Part shown: piece after piece, positions 28,890 through 43,990 of the stretch
Layout: each line of letters starts with the position of its first letter
Position numbering within the stretch: position 1 is the stretch's first letter
Assembly (NCBI RefSeq): GCF_009914755.1
Contig: NC_060935.1
Strand: one strand, 5' to 3'
From: the human T2T-CHM13v2.0 reference genome, Homo sapiens
DNA: 64,000 nucleotides
Notes under the pieces: model-generated
Told to the model about the DNA's origin: nothing
Database searches by the model: none
Seen by the model: only the letters and a program-made list of their open reading frames with translations
Program-made: the position numbers and the translations under genes

Positions 28890-29460
28890 TAGACACTTTA
28901 GTTTTCTTTGTATTGCTACTCTAACAAATTACCATGAATTTAGCAACTTAAAACAATGCACATTTTCTAACTCACATTTCTGAATGGTTTCTCTGCCCCA
29001 AGTTTCACAATGGCAAAACCAAAGTGTGGGCCTGCCATGCTCTTATGGGAAGACTGTTAGAATCTGCTTGCAAACTTATTCAGATTGTCACCTAACTTTC
29101 TTCTTTGTAGCTATAAGACTGAAGTCCCCATTTCCTTGCTGATTATCATTCTCAGCTTCTAGAGGCCTCCTGCATTTCTTATTTGGAGGCCCCTCTATCT
29201 CCAAAGCTAGCACTGTGGGCCAAGTTAACTTTATACATCTTACTGACCTCCTCTTCTGCCTCGTGTCTCCTGCCTCCTCCTCTGTTGCATCGCTTTCCTC
29301 TTTCCTGCCAGGAAGTGTTTTCTGCATTTCATGATCCAAGTGATTAGATTGGGCCCACTCAGATAATCAGAATAACATTCATATTTTAGGATCCACAACC
29401 TTAAAGCCATCTGTAAAATGTGCAGATCTTTGGAGTAGGAACATTTTTCTGCCTACCACA
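28890..29460 (-). mobile_element. MLT1E/F-type solo LTR
   Basis: 'aacaaattaccatgaatttagcaacttaaaacaa...gattagattgggcccac...ctgcctaccaca'. Confidence 0.85.
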
Positions 29461-32400
29461 GACATATTCAGTTATATAGAGCAATTTTAGGATGAAAGAT
29501 TAATTTTGTAATCTAACCCATAAATGAAAACTTCAGAATCACTAGGAAAGAATGCACCATAGCAAAAGAAGTCAGCAACTGTTCATCAGTATATTATATA
29601 TTGCAGTGGAGAAATCTTTTCAAGGGCTCTGTAAACTCTGGTGATTGAACATGTAAGTTCTTTGGGAATAAAATAAAATAAAAATAATAAAAGCACTAAT
29701 AAAATCCTCTGGAGCAGAAATTTGTGTAAATGAGAAATTTTTTCTTCTCTAACACTTCTTTAAATACTAGAAGAAATTAATTTTCATTTATTTATGATAC
29801 TTTCATAAGGATCCAAATGGCATTTCAGCACACCAGAAACCTCCAAGAGTATCTTCTGGGCTACAACTGCTGGCCAAGAAGGATCTGTTTTTCACTTTGC
29901 AAAAAACTTTCCCTATGTCAATGGCGGACAATATTTGTTTTCCTTTTTAAAATTAAGGAGAAAAAAATATATAGAAAGTACAAACTTAACTTGATGTCTT
30001 GCCATATCTGATCCTAATAAATCTTTATATTCAGCAAACAAAATGCACTGCCTTAACTCCTCCCATAGGAGTGTGACATATTGATGGACAGAGTCAGACT
30101 CTGCAGAAGAGTCATGTTCATAGAAATAGCAAAGCCTGGCTGGGTAAGTATTCCTATTTCCAGGCTCCCGAATTGCTGTGTTGGGGCAGTCTGACTTTCT
30201 ATACCAAGAACATTTCTTGCCTATACCATTAGAGAGACAATTTTATTTTGAGGATTACTCTCTCTATAAACCTTGACTCAATCACAGGTCCTTGGAACAT
30301 TTCACAGGTCTGAATAGATCTCTCATAACCACATAGGTAACTTGGAATGAGTTTTACTTAAAAATATTTATGTGAGGATTAAATTTCCAATTTTGTACTG
30401 CCTCTCGGCTGGTTCCCAGTTGGATTCTCCAGACGTAATCTTTTTATCCCTAAAGTTCCCATAACTTAGACATGATTTATTCAAAAAGCACAAAGGCCTT
30501 GAAGGCTGGATTTTTTTTTTAAAGTTACTTGTATGTTTTTGTTGAAATATTTTTAATTTCTGCACTATTTTGGTCATGACCCATGAATATTCATGGGTGC
30601 ATTCTCCCAGGACATGTATATTTTCTACAGATAACCGTAATTATAAGCAAAATACATTCCTTGCAGCCTTTTACAACATATAGTTCAAGTCCCAAGTGGC
30701 ATTTCCTATGTTTTGGGTGACAGTCCACATGGATCATTGTATGCCCCCTCTCTTCAGAAATAAGATTAACTCTGCTTTAAAGAACCCAGAATGTTAAAGA
30801 CATCCTTAATCTTCACCTCTTATATCCATCCTTTTACATATTTTTTGTTTATGGTGACTACCTTATTTCAGTCCAGGGTTTTTTAGGATTTTCTGGAGAA
30901 CTATGTAATTTTCCATCCATTTTAAATCTTAATCTCAGTGTTTAATAATTTGTCTTCCATTTTATGGCTATAATGCTTTATTTGAATAATTTCTTAATCT
31001 AACTATTGTAAACATTTTCTAGGCTCAATGTCTTTACAGGCATTTCATAAAAATAAATTAATACTTTATTAAGATATATTATCAGAAATCGTGGAGTAAA
31101 ATAATACACTCAATTTTTCATCTTTTAGTACACATTGCTAAATGATTCTCCAGAAATATTTTTAAAAGCTTCATTCTCACCAACCTGGTAGAGAAATTTA
31201 ATTTTTTATGAACTATTACATGCAATATTTATCATAACTATATTTTGTATTTTGTTTGTACCTAATTTCTTGTTTTATTTTTAGATGTTACAAGCAGTGG
31301 GAATTTTATAAATGTTCAAATTATTTTTATAGAGAAATAAAGAGATACAGATTTTTGTTTACTGCAGGAGATTCTGTGACCTTAGCTTTAATACATTCCA
31401 TATATACATATATATGTATTCTAATAAAAATAAAATAAAAAGTCTAAACAGTAAAAAGCATATATAAAAGTTAAAAGGTAATTTTCTTTAACTCAGTTAT
31501 GTCAAAAGGGACCTTAATTGTAAAGAAAAACAATGGTACTTTATTAAGTATATTCAGATGATTAGAAGTCTAAGTATACTTGATTACAGTTACCTGGAGC
31601 ACCTGAACTAGGGATTTGGGAAATGGCAGTCGTGCTATGTTTTCAAATAACGATATCACTATTATGTCTTTTCTCCATTATTGTTTCTGGAATAATTAGA
31701 GGCACAGTGGCTGTTTTGGATTATGATCTAGAAATGAATTGAGAGTGCTAAATTGCAAATTATTGTTAAACATTCAGGGACTAGAGGTCATAATCTTAGA
31801 TGGAAGGTATTTAAAAGGGCATTTTAAAAGATAATAGCATAAAAATTGATAAAGTGGCAGATGCAATATTAGACTTTCAAAGGCAGATCATGAGAAAATG
31901 AGTGCAGAGACAAGTGACCCCTTGCTAACTGTGTGTGCCATGCGTGAAATCTCAAGAGGAAACATATATATAGTTTGCAATGTCAAGATTCATTGTTTGA
32001 AATTTAGTGACTAGTGCTAGCTTTTCGAAATGACTTTTTTCCCTTGTAACTTTTTAAAATTTCTTTCATTTATTTTCTTAGAAGCCTCAGAGGCTGACTT
32101 TTGAATCTGTAATTTTTCAGTGTTCCTTAGTTGTCAGGCACCCTCTCATTTAGTTCTTCTATGATATAACCATTAGGAAGATAGTCTAGTTAGAAATTAT
32201 ATCCAAGTTTGGAAGACTAAATGGTTTGCTCACATTCAAATATAGGAGAAGTAGAACTGAGATTTTAGCAACAATTTGTTGGGTTCAAAAGTCCACATTC
32301 ATTTTGCCAAGTCATAAAGGCAAATGTACAAGAACTTGTTATAACTACTTAAGGTTTTTATTCAGACTTCAGGTTGAGTAGCTCATGTCAAGATGAGAAT

Positions 32401-33156
32401 GATAAATCCATTAATACCAAAAACATACTATTGCTAAAGGGGTATTTTATCTTTGCAGGACAATTACTTATTTACTTTTGGTTAGGTAATGGCATATATC
32501 AAAACAAATTATTTCAGTCATCAAAATTAAGTCCAAGCATAATTTTTTAAAAACTTGCATTTTTTAAAAAATTATAAGTGCATAACAGGTGTTTTTATTT
32601 ACGGGGTACATGTAATACCTTCATGCAGACATACAGTATGTAATAATAACATCAGGGTAATGGAGGTATTCATTATCTCAAGCATTTATCATTTCATTGT
32701 GTTAGAAACATTCCAATTTCACTCTTATTTATTTTAAAATATACAATAAGTTATGGTTGACTATAGAGACCTTGTGCTATCAAATACAAGATTTTATTCA
32801 TTTAATCTATATTTTTGCATTCATTAACCATCCCAAGTTCCCCTGGCCCAATACCATTCTCAGCCTCTGGTAGCCATCATTCTATTATCTATCTCCAGTT
32901 CAATTGTTTTAATTATTAATTTCCACGTATGAGTGAGAACATATACAATTTTTCTTTCTGTGCCTGCTTTATTTTATTTAACATAATGTTCTCCAGTTTC
33001 ATCCATGTTGGATGGATTTTGTATTCTACAACTTTACTGAATTAGTTTACTAGTACTAATAGTTTTTTGGCGAAGTCACTACGTTTTTCCAAATATAAAA
33101 TCATATCATCTGCAAACAAGTGTAATATGATTTCTACCTTTCCAATTTGGATGCTC

Positions 33157-33197
33157 CTTTCTTCCTTCCTTCCTTCCTTCATTCCTTCTCTCTCTCT

Positions 33198-33236
<39 letters not shown>

Positions 33237-33252
33237 TTTTTCTTTCTTTTTC
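33157..33252. repeat. (TTCC)n/(TTTA)n microsatellite inside the L1
   Basis: Directly visible. Confidence 0.9.
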
Positions 33253-34286
33253 TAAATTGCTCTAGCAAGAACTCCCAGTACTATAATAAACGACAATGTT
33301 GAATGTGGGCATCTTTCTTTTCTTCCAGATCTTAAAGGAAAGTCTTTTTTCTCATTCAATATGATACTAGCTGTGGATATGTTATAGACTGATTTTCTTG
33401 TGTTGAGGTATGTTCCTTTTATACCCAGTTTTTAGAGCTTTTATCACAAAAGGATGTTGAATTTTACTGAATGTTTCTCCAGCATCAATTGAAATAATTG
33501 GATGTTTTTTGTCCTTCATTCTCTATATGCCAGTATATATGCATATTCTGCATATGGATTCCAGTTTTCCCAGCATCATTAACTGAAAAGACTACCCTTT
33601 CCCCAGTGTATGTTTTTGGCATCTTTGTTGAAAATGAGTTCACTGTAGACATGTAAATTTGTTCCTGGGCTCTCTATTTTGTTCCATTGGTCTATATGTC
33701 TATGGTATATCACATTGATTGATTCGTGTGTGTTGAACCATCTTTGCATCCCTGGGATGAATCCCACTTGGTCATAATAAACAATCTTTTTAATGTGTTT
33801 TAATTGGTTTGCTGAGAATTTTGTTGAGATTTTTTGCATCTATTTTCATCAGATATATTGGCCTTAACTTTCTTTTTCTGTTGTGTCTTTGTCTGATTTT
33901 AGTTTGGGGATAATACTGACCTTATAGAATGAGTTTGGAAGTATTTTATCCTCAATTTTTTGGAATAGTTTGAATAGGATTGGTATTAATTCTTCTTTAA
34001 AGATTTGGTGAACTTTAGCAGTGAAGCCATCAGGTCCTTGGCTTTTCTTTAACAGGAGTCTTTTCATTATGGCCTTAATATCATTGCTTGTTATTGGTGT
34101 ATGTACATTTTGAATTTCTTTATGATTCAATCTTGGTATGTTGTATGTGTCAAAGACTTTGTTCATTTCTTCTAGGTTTTTCCCTTTTTTCCACAAGTAG
34201 TTGCCTACAGTAATCTCTAATAAATCTTTAAATTTCTGTGGTCCGTGGTAATGTCTCCTTTTTCACCTCTGATGTTATTTATTTAG

Positions 34287-34669
<383 letters not shown>

Positions 34670-35291
34670 CAACTGACTTTTTTGTTTCAATTTCATTTAT
34701 TTGTTCTCCAATCTTTATTATTTCTTTCCTTCTTCTAATTAAGAATTTGGCTTGCTCTTGCTTTTCTAATTCTTTAAGCAACATCATTGGGTTGTTTATT
34801 TGAAATTTTTCTACTTTTTGATGTAGGTGCTTATTGCTATATGCGTTTCTTTTAATGTTGTTTTTGCTGTCTCCTATAGATTTGGTATCTTGTATTTTCA
34901 ATTGTATTTCTTTCAAGAACATTTAAAACTTCCTTCTTTATTTCTTTATTGAGCCATTGGCCATTTAGCAGTATATTGTTTAATTTTCATATATCTGTAT
35001 AGTTTCCAATGTTTCTTTTGTCATTGATTTCTAGTTTTATTATATTTTGGTCAGAGAAGATACTTGATAGGATTTTATTTGTAAAAATCATTTTAAGACT
35101 TGTTTTATGGCCTATCAAATGGTCTATCATTGAAAATTATCCAAGTGCTGAGGAAAAGAGTATGTGTTTTATAGCTGTTGATATCTATTGGTAAATATCT
35201 ATTAGATTCATTTGGTTGTATAGTTCAGATTAAGTCCAATGTTTCTTTGTTTACTTTCTGTTTGAATGATCTATTCAATGCTGAAAGTGGG

Positions 35292-35711
35292 TATATTGGT
35301 TTGTTCTCACGCTGCTATAAAGAACTACTTGAGACTGGATAATTTATGAAGAAAAGAGGTTTAAATGACTCACAGTTCCACAGGCTGTACAGGAGGCGTG
35401 GCTGGGGAGGCCTCAGAAAACTTACAATCATGGCATGGCAGAAGGCAAAGGGGAAGCAAAGCACATTTTCACATGGTCAGCAGGAGAGGGAAAGAGAGGG
35501 AGAGAGGGGGAGAGAGAGAGAGAGAGAGAGAGAGAAGGAGGAAGTGCTACACTTTCAAACAACCAGATCTCATTAGAACTCCATGATGAGAACAGCAAGG
35601 GGGAAGTCTGCCCCCATGATTCAGTCGCCTCCCACAAGGCCCCTCTTCCTTTGAATGGAAATTACAATTCAACATGAAATTTGGGTGGGGACACAGAGCC
35701 AGACCATATCA
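35292..35711 (-). mobile_element. MSTA solo LTR inserted in L1, with internal (GA)n
   Basis: 'cagttccacaggctgtacaggaggcgtggctggggaggcctcag...ccatatca'. Confidence 0.9.
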
Positions 35712-38700
35712 ATGAGGTACTGAGGTTTCCAGCTATTTATTGAAGGGTCTATCTCTCTTTAGTTCTAATAATGTTTGTTTTATGTATCTGGGTACTCTAA
35801 TGTTGGCTGCATATGTACTTACAATTGTTATATCCCTTTCTGAATTGACCCCTTTATCATTACGTAGTAATTTTCTTTGTACTTTTTTATAAATTTTGCC
35901 TCAAAATTTATTTTGTGTGGTAATAGTGTATCCACTTCTGCTTTTTTTGATTTCCATTTGTATACAATTTCTTCTTTTATTTTTAAATTTTCATTCTATG
36001 TGTTTCCTTATGGTTGAAGTTAATTTCTCATAGTCAGCATAGAGTCAGGTTTTGTTTTTTATCCATTTAGCCACTCTATGCCTTTTCACTGGACAGTTTA
36101 GTACATTTACATTCAATGTTATTATCGATAGGCAAGGACTTGCTTCTGTTATTTTGTTATTTGTTCTCTGACTATCTCGTGGTCTTCTTTTTTCCTTCCA
36201 TCTTTCCTGTCTTCCTTTGTGCAAAAGTGATTTTCTCTGGTAGTATGTTGTTATTTCTTGCTTGTGTGTGTGTGTGTGTATCTGTCGTAGGTGTTTTTAT
36301 TTGAGATCACCATGAGGCTTGCAAATAACATAACCAAGTATTTTAAACTGATGATTATGTAACTGATTATAAAACAAACAAGCAAAGAGAAAACTAATAA
36401 AAACTCAGTTGAGCCCCATTACTCCTTGCTTTTTAACTTTTAGTTGTTTCTTTTTTTGTCTTTTTATACTACCTATCCCTTTAAAAAGTTGTAGCTACTA
36501 TTTTGATAGGTTTTTCTTTTAGTTTTCCTTTTTTTTTTTTTTTGGTTTTCCTACTCAGGATATGAGTGGCTTACACACTAAATTATAGTGTTAGAGAATT
36601 CTGTATTTGTGTACTTACTGTTACCTTTGAGTTTTGCACCTTCAGATGATTGCTTATTGCTCTTTAATGTCTTTTTCTCTCAGATTGAAAAACTTCCTTT
36701 AGCATTTTCTGTAGGAGATATCTGGTGTTGAAAAAATCCCTCAGCCTTTGTTTGTCTGGAAACCTTAATTTTTTTCTTCATATTTCAATAATATTTTCAG
36801 TGGATATAATATTCTAGGAAAAAAATATTGTGTTTCTTCAGCGCTTTAAATATGTCATGACACTCTCTTGGCTTGTTAGATTACCACTGAGAAGTCTACT
36901 GCCAGAAGTATTGAAGCTCTGTTATGTGTTATTTCTTTCTTTTCTTTTGCTGCTTTTAGAAACTGTTCCTTTTCCTTGACCTTTGGGTATTTGAGTATTA
37001 AATGTCTTTAATTGGTCTTATTTGGGTTAAATCTGCTAGTATTCTGTTACCTTCTTGTGACTGAATATTAGTATCTTTCTCTAGGTTTAAAAATGTCTTA
37101 GTTATTATTTCTTGGAATAAATTTTCTACCCCAGTCTCTTTTTCTACCTTCTCATTAAGACCAATAACTTTAATTGTTTTAATTCAACGTTACTTTTTAG
37201 ATCTTGGCATGCTTCCTTCTTTTTTCTTCTTTTTTTCCTTTTCTGACTGTGTACTTTTATATAGCCTATCTTCAATCTTACTAATTATTTCTTCTGCTTG
37301 ATCAGTTGTGCTATTAAGAGGCTCTAATGTATTTTTCAGTTTCATTTGTTTTTTTCAGCTTCAGAATTTCTCCTTTTTTATTATTATTTTAATCTGTGTT
37401 AAATCTCTCTGAGATAGGATTCTGAATTTCTTCTCTGTGTTGTGCAGTTCATTGAGCTTTCTCAAAATAACTATTTTTATTTGTTTGTCTGAAATATCAT
37501 ATATCTTTGTCATTCCAAAATTCATCACTGATGTCTTATTTGGTTCCTTTGGTGAAGTCATGTTTTTCTGGATATTTTTGATGCTTGCGGATGTTTGTTG
37601 ATATCTGGGCATTAAACAGTTTAAACAGGCATTTAATTTAATCTTCATTGTCTGGGCTTGTTTGTACCCATGGTTTTTAAGAAGGCCTTTTAGATATTTG
37701 GGAATATAGTTTTGTGAACGATGTCTTTGGTCACTGCAGCTGTATCTGCTCTAGGGAGCACCTGAAGCCCAGTAACAATGTGACTGCTGCAGACTCACAG
37801 AGGTATTTACTGCCTCGGTGGGCTTGGGTTAGATCCAAGAGAATTATCTGGATTACCAGGCAAAGTCTCTCATTTTCTTTCTTCGCTTTCCCCCAAACAG
37901 AAGGAGCCTCCATCTCCATGCTGGGCTGTCTGGTTTTGTTGGAGGGGTGATGCTAGCACTCCTGTGGCCACCACAGCTGGGACTGTGCTGGATCACACCT
38001 TAAGCCTGCACAGTAGACACAGGCTTGGGTCTCACCCAAGGCTTATGGTGACTACTGCCTGGCTACCACTAATGATTATTCAAGGTCCACAGGCTCTCTA
38101 CTCAGCAGATGGTGCGTCCTACCAGGACAGTGTCCCTTGAGGGCTACAGTTTCTCCTTTGGTTCAGGGACAGGGTAGGAAGAAGTTGGGGTGGGGGGGTG
38201 GGCGGTGTCTGAAAATGTGATCTAGGAGCAAGGGCCTAGAATTGAGGGCTTCAGAAATCTGCTTAGTGCTTTACTGTGGTTGATCTGGTACCCATAGGTG
38301 CCAGCAAAAGTTCTCTTTACTCTTTCCTCTCCTTTCCATAAATGATAGGAGTCTTTCTGAGAGCTGCACTGTCTGTAGTTAAGGGAGGGGTGACACAAGC
38401 TCTCTCGGCTGTCACAGCTTGTGTCTCACTGAGTTGTGTGCACCTCAAGTCCACTGGCTCCAGGTCCAACACAGCACCAGGATTTGTCCAAGGACTGTAG
38501 TCCCTGTGGTCCGATTGCCTTTCAGATCTACTCATGACCGCATGTATGGCACTTTAGCTCTCTAGTGGGGCTAGGCTGAACTCAGGTCTTTACCACTGGA
38601 GCAGAGGAGTATGTTTCTCTGGGTTGTCTTATTCTAAATGCTCCCTCTCTAGGCATTGGCAAAATTCTGCCCTATGTCGTGTTCTGCTGTGACAGGGCAA

Positions 38701-39070
38701 CACTGAGTTTCAATAAAAAGTGTCATACCCACTTCAGTCTCCCTCCCCCAAGCAGACAGATTCTGTCCCCACACATGCTACTGAGAGATGGGGGAGATGG
38801 TGTAAGCAATGCCAGACTGTCTTTCCTACCCTCTTCAGGGTCTCTCTTTTATTTTTTTTTTTGATATGATGTTAAAACCAGATACTGTGGTCCTCACCTG
38901 ATTTTTGGCTCTTATGAAGGTGCTTCATTGTGTAGATAGTTGTTCAATTTGGTGTTTCTGCAGGGAGAGTGATTGCTGGAGAGTTCTATTTGGTCATCTT
39001 GCTTTGCTTTCTCAAAACATGATTTTTTAACCTGCTTTTTTCTATTATTATTTTTTACCTCATATCATAG

Positions 39071-39512
39071 TGAAACAAATCCAATAATCACATAAACAGG
39101 ATTTTTAAATAAACATAGAAATAGGTCCTTAAAGCTCGAAGCTTACATTTGTTTTATCTGAGTTTCTTCCTCAGGAAATGAGCGTCAGCCCTCTCACAAA
39201 AGGTATCAAAGAAGTGAAACTCACCAGATCACCACATCTAGACAATGAGCGCTGGACAATGAGCTGCATTCATCATAAATGCTTCCTTGGCCCTCTCTGG
39301 TTCCTGTTTTCTTATTCATTGTTACGTTTCTTCTCTGCAACATAAGCTTCTCGTTTGGGTCAATTAGGAAGATGGATTTGAGACTGATCTCCCATCTCTT
39401 TTGCTGCAGCACCCAATTAAACCCTGCTTCCTTGGCAATAATTGCTGTCTCAGTGATTAGCTTTCTGTGCCATGAGCAGCAGGACCTAGACCAAACCTCA
39501 GGTGTTTACTAG
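39071..39512 (+). mobile_element. ERV1 solo LTR (LOR1b-like)
   Basis: 'cttacatttgttttatctgagtttcttcctcaggaaa...ggatttgagactgatctcc'; paralogous to 60925-61442. Confidence 0.8.
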
Positions 39513-39519
39513 TTCTTAT

Positions 39520-39900
39520 ACATACTGAGTGACTTGTGCTTACCTGAAAGCCCTGATGTCACCAACATTTTCTATTCCCTAGGGCTAAAATGCTTCCTTC
39601 TCTGCAATCTCCAAACAGGGCCTATCACCAACTATCTCCCAATTAACTTCTACTCATCCTTCAGGTTTCTTTTTCCTGAGGTAATTGCTCCTCCTCTGTG
39701 ATATTTCATACTCATCCTTATTGTACAGCTTAATATACTGCATTTTAATTTTCTATTAACTTTTCTGTCTTTCCCAGTAGAATTTGCATACTTGAAGGGC
39801 AGGGTCTTCCCTCAATCATGATTGCAATCCACACTGATTAAAGGCTGGCGTATAGCAGGTATTAAACACACACACACACACACACACTGATTGAATGGAT
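39520..39900 (+). mobile_element. L2 3' fragment with (CA)n
   Basis: 'tactcatccttcagg...cttgaagggcaggg...ggctggcgtatagcagg'. Confidence 0.65.
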
Positions 39901-40205
39901 TATTAAATAAATAGGCAAACCAATTCTACTTAAAATGTACCCTCCCTATGAATGTTTCTACCCTCTCTGTGAATGTTATACTCTGGGTCTTTTAGATCTA
40001 ATCATTCACAGTGACCTCTTTTTTATTAATCTCCTGTATTCACGTATAAAGACTCAGTCAGTGTTCTGTTAAAAAACATTTTTACTCATTCTTATTACCA
40101 TGGTCATTATTCCTGCTAGTTGTATCAAGAATATTTGGATTATAGTATTAGTTTTATAGTGTTTTTTCTCCTACTTAAGGCTTTTCCCTTTATTATTAAT
40201 TCTGA

Positions 40206-40620
40206 CATATTATGCCATTTTTGCATTGCTATAAAGAAGTACCTGAGACTGAATAATTAATAAGAAAAGAGGTTTAATTGGCTCACAGTGCTGCAGGCTG
40301 TGAGGCATAATGTCAGTACATACTTTTTGGGAGGCCTTAGGAAGCTTACCGTCACGGCTGAAGGCAAAGGAGAAGCAGGTACATCACATAGAGAAAGCAG
40401 TAGTAAGATAGAGAGAATGATGTGCTACATAGTTTTAAACAGCCAGATCTCAGGGCAAGTCACTCACTATGGTGAAGACAGCACCAAGCAAATGGTACTA
40501 AACCATTAATGAGGAATTGACACCCATGATTTAATCACTTCCCACTAGGCCTCACTTCTAATACTGGGGATTGCAACTTAACATGAGATTTGGGTGGGGA
40601 CATATATCCAAACTATATCA
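40206..40620 (-). mobile_element. MSTB-like solo LTR
   Basis: 'ttgcattgctataaagaagtacctgagact...acatatatccaaactatatca'. Confidence 0.88.
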
Positions 40621-41360
40621 CTTGTAGAGTTAAGCGACAGTATAAATATCTCTTGGCATATTAAGTTAGAGATAGGACAGCTGAGAGATTTAAAAGATTA
40701 AACTGGGCTTTTTCCAGCCATGCTAGGCCATGTGATCCTAGAAGAAAAGCCTAATTGACCATCCTTACTCTAGATTGGACTTCTAATAGGTTACACTTTA
40801 GGAGGAAGCATGAACCAGTTGGACCCTCTTTGAGTCAGCAGCTCAACTTCAAATAGTCTCAATCTCTGAAAGTGGATAAAGATGATCCTGGATTGAACGT
40901 GTTCACAGAAGAAATATCTTGACTGCAACAGCATTCTAGTTTTCCTAGGTCTTCCTGAGCTATTATTTTAGGAGGGGTGACTTTTGATACCCAAAAGAAA
41001 TGAGTAACCCAAAAAATATCTGGAAGTAGAACATTTTAAATTCTATAATTTAGGTATCAAATGTCTCTAAGTGAAGAAAAAGCGTGGGGTCTCTTAAAAT
41101 CAGAAGGAACGCTAGTGTAGCTGGATCAGAGTGAGGAGAGAAATTCACAGACATAGTCAGGGCTAGGACAGGCAAGACTTTGTAGGACACAGGAGGGAGT
41201 AATGGATTTTCTTCTAAAAGTTAAGGGAATCTGTGGAAAGGGACTTATGAAAGGATGGAACCTGACTGGTCTTGCATTTTGTTTTTTGGTTTTGGGTTTT
41301 GTTTTTTTTTTTTTTTTTTTAAAGAATATTACTATGATCATTATGTGGAGAAGACTATAG

Positions 41361-41581
41361 AGCAGGATTCCTCAAGTTAGGCACTACTGACATTTGACCA
41401 GGTAAATTTTTGTTGTGTAAGTAGGTTTCATGCATTGTATCGTGTTTAACAGAATCTCTAGCCTTTACTTAATTGATAGTAGTAGCACCCCAGTACATTT
41501 GACAACCAAAAAAATCTACAGATGTGTTAAATGTCCTTGGCAAGTAGAGGGTCACAATCACCCCCGGTTGAGATTACATTG
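41361..41581 (+). mobile_element. MER20 (hAT-Charlie) inserted in an L2 fragment (~41100-41780)
   Basis: 'ggcactactgacatttg...gacaaccaaaaaaatctacaga...caccccggttgaga'; CTATAGA on both flanks. Confidence 0.85.
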
Positions 41582-41908
41582 CTATAGAAATCAAGGATGG
41601 AAGCAAGAAGATTGGTAAAAATGCTATTGTAGTAGTGCTAATACAAGTGTTTGATCTAAGAGAGTAGTAATGGAAATGATTAAAAGTAGTTGAAGTTGAT
41701 GGATTCGAGATACAGTCTGAGAGTAGAGAGGACAAGTCAAGCTGGTATCAAATTTGGAGTATGAGAGAAAGAGGAAAGTTCTGTAGTGGAGCTGGGGATC
41801 TCAAAATTGTATTGTGCTATAGACCACTTTGTCAGTTTGATGAAGTATATTGACGTTTCTCAGAATATCAATGAACAAATATAATATATAATATTAAAAA
41901 TGGCATCA

Positions 41909-42013
41909 ATACTTGCTTCAGCAGCACATATACTAAAATTGGTATGATAGAAGGTTAACGTGGACATGGCCCCTGCACAAGGATAACATGAAAATTCATG
42001 AAGCATTTTATAT
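41909..42013 (+). pseudogene. U6 snRNA retropseudogene
   Basis: 'acttgcttcagcagcacatatactaaaattgg...catggcccctgcacaaggataacatgaaaattcatgaagc' aligns to full-length U6; CpGs decayed and ACAGAGA box disrupted. Confidence 0.95.
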
Positions 42014-42021
42014 AAATAGTT

Positions 42022-42322
<301 letters not shown>

Positions 42323-43990
42323 TTATATAAATAGTTTTTATAATCAAATATATTGATATAAAGTTATCAAAATATTTTAAATGATAAGATATAGCAATAA
42401 GTGTAATAACTGTAGTCATTTTAAAGTCATTAATATATAAAATATATTTTGAGGTTTCTACTGTAACAATCACATTTTATATGAACATTTCTCTGATTTC
42501 TGTTAGGAATAAAATCACAAGTGCTGCTAATGCAACTGTTGGCTTTGCTCTATCTATAATGGTAGGAAATACTAATATTAATTAGAGGTAAGTAAAATAA
42601 AGATATAACATGTTTTTATTCAAATCCATGGATCTCCTGATTTTTATTCAAGGACACTGCATTAAGAACCACTGCTCTGGAGTGGCTTGTTTACATCAGA
42701 ATGCTCACTCATGTTCTGTGTGAAGTGTATAAATTGTTTCTGAAATAGTTTTTACTGAAACCCTCAACCAGGAATAATCAATTAAGCAAGGTCCCCAGTT
42801 CTATCTAGTACATGTTTTACTATGCTCTTTGATACAAGTTGTTTCCAAACTTCATTATTTTTACTTAGTTTCCAACAAAGACTTCAGTTTATTTAAGTTT
42901 ATGAGGGACATGAAATTGTACTGTTTAAATTAAGATCTGAATTGAAATCATATGTCCATGAGGCACCTACAGAAAATCTTATTAGAAATCTAAATACATT
43001 CTTAGTAATTACTGTGATCTTTAATGTTATATAAGTACATTCTATATTCTTTTATGCTATAATAAATAAAAATGTTTTCATAAATTATACTTCTGTTATT
43101 TTTCTTACACATAATTTGTTTTATTCATAAATTTTTCTAAGGCATTGAATTGATAATCCCTCCAGAGAGAAAACATAAGTGTCTGAGAGAGCACAGATTT
43201 TAATTGTCAAGTGATATTTGGATATGTTATAAATTATTAAAAATTGACTTTTATTGTTCTAAAAAGAATCTAAAGGATCTAATTCTTTTTAGATTTTTGA
43301 ACGATGTACCAGAAAGTGCTTGATGCTGTGATATACTAAAAATGCAATATGCTTTGTTACTTTCTCCTTCAGCAATTCCCCACAATCTGTAGGCAATCTT
43401 GAATACTGAATCCCAGGAAATTTTCAGCTTGAGCTACTCAGCCTCATTGTCAAGTGATTGCCAATTAGGAGAAAAATCTTGTAAATGTTGGCCTGTGAAG
43501 TTAAATGAAACTTCGTGAGGATTCTTCCAATGTAGATGCACACTCAACACCTGCTGCTTTTTTGAAATAATTAACATCATTTTGGAGTTTCCATGAGCCT
43601 GCTCAATGGGCTGCAGACAGATGTGTGGATCAGATGTCACCTAGCACAGCTGGAGCTGCCAAGTTAACACATACATTTTTTGTTCCATCCTCTTTCCTTG
43701 TCTACACAGCTGTAGTTTTCAGTACACTGGGTTATGGATCAATTTTCATTTTAGTTGAAGGCTCATCCGATGTAGACAGATCATCATCATTTATTTGTGC
43801 TGACGTGAATTTTGTTCACATTCTCCTAGGACTCTGTATTTACACATCTCAATAATAGGGCTCATGAAAAACAAATGCTTCCCAAATGAGGAAAATCTTT
43901 AACAATTTAAGACAATAGATGAAGATCTTTCATGAGTTTATTGTACACATCTTTCCATTTTTTTTTTTATTGTTTTGAAATATTTCAAAA

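Noticed and set aside
35398-35410. PRDM9 hotspot motif in the MSTA LTR
   Set aside because: Reads CCTCCCCAGCCAC, lacking the T at position 7 of CCNCCNTNNCCNC
41909-42013. Functional U6 gene or U6-L1 chimera
   Set aside because: ACAGAGA box disrupted, CpGs decayed, embedded in a transposon, and no L1 fused downstream
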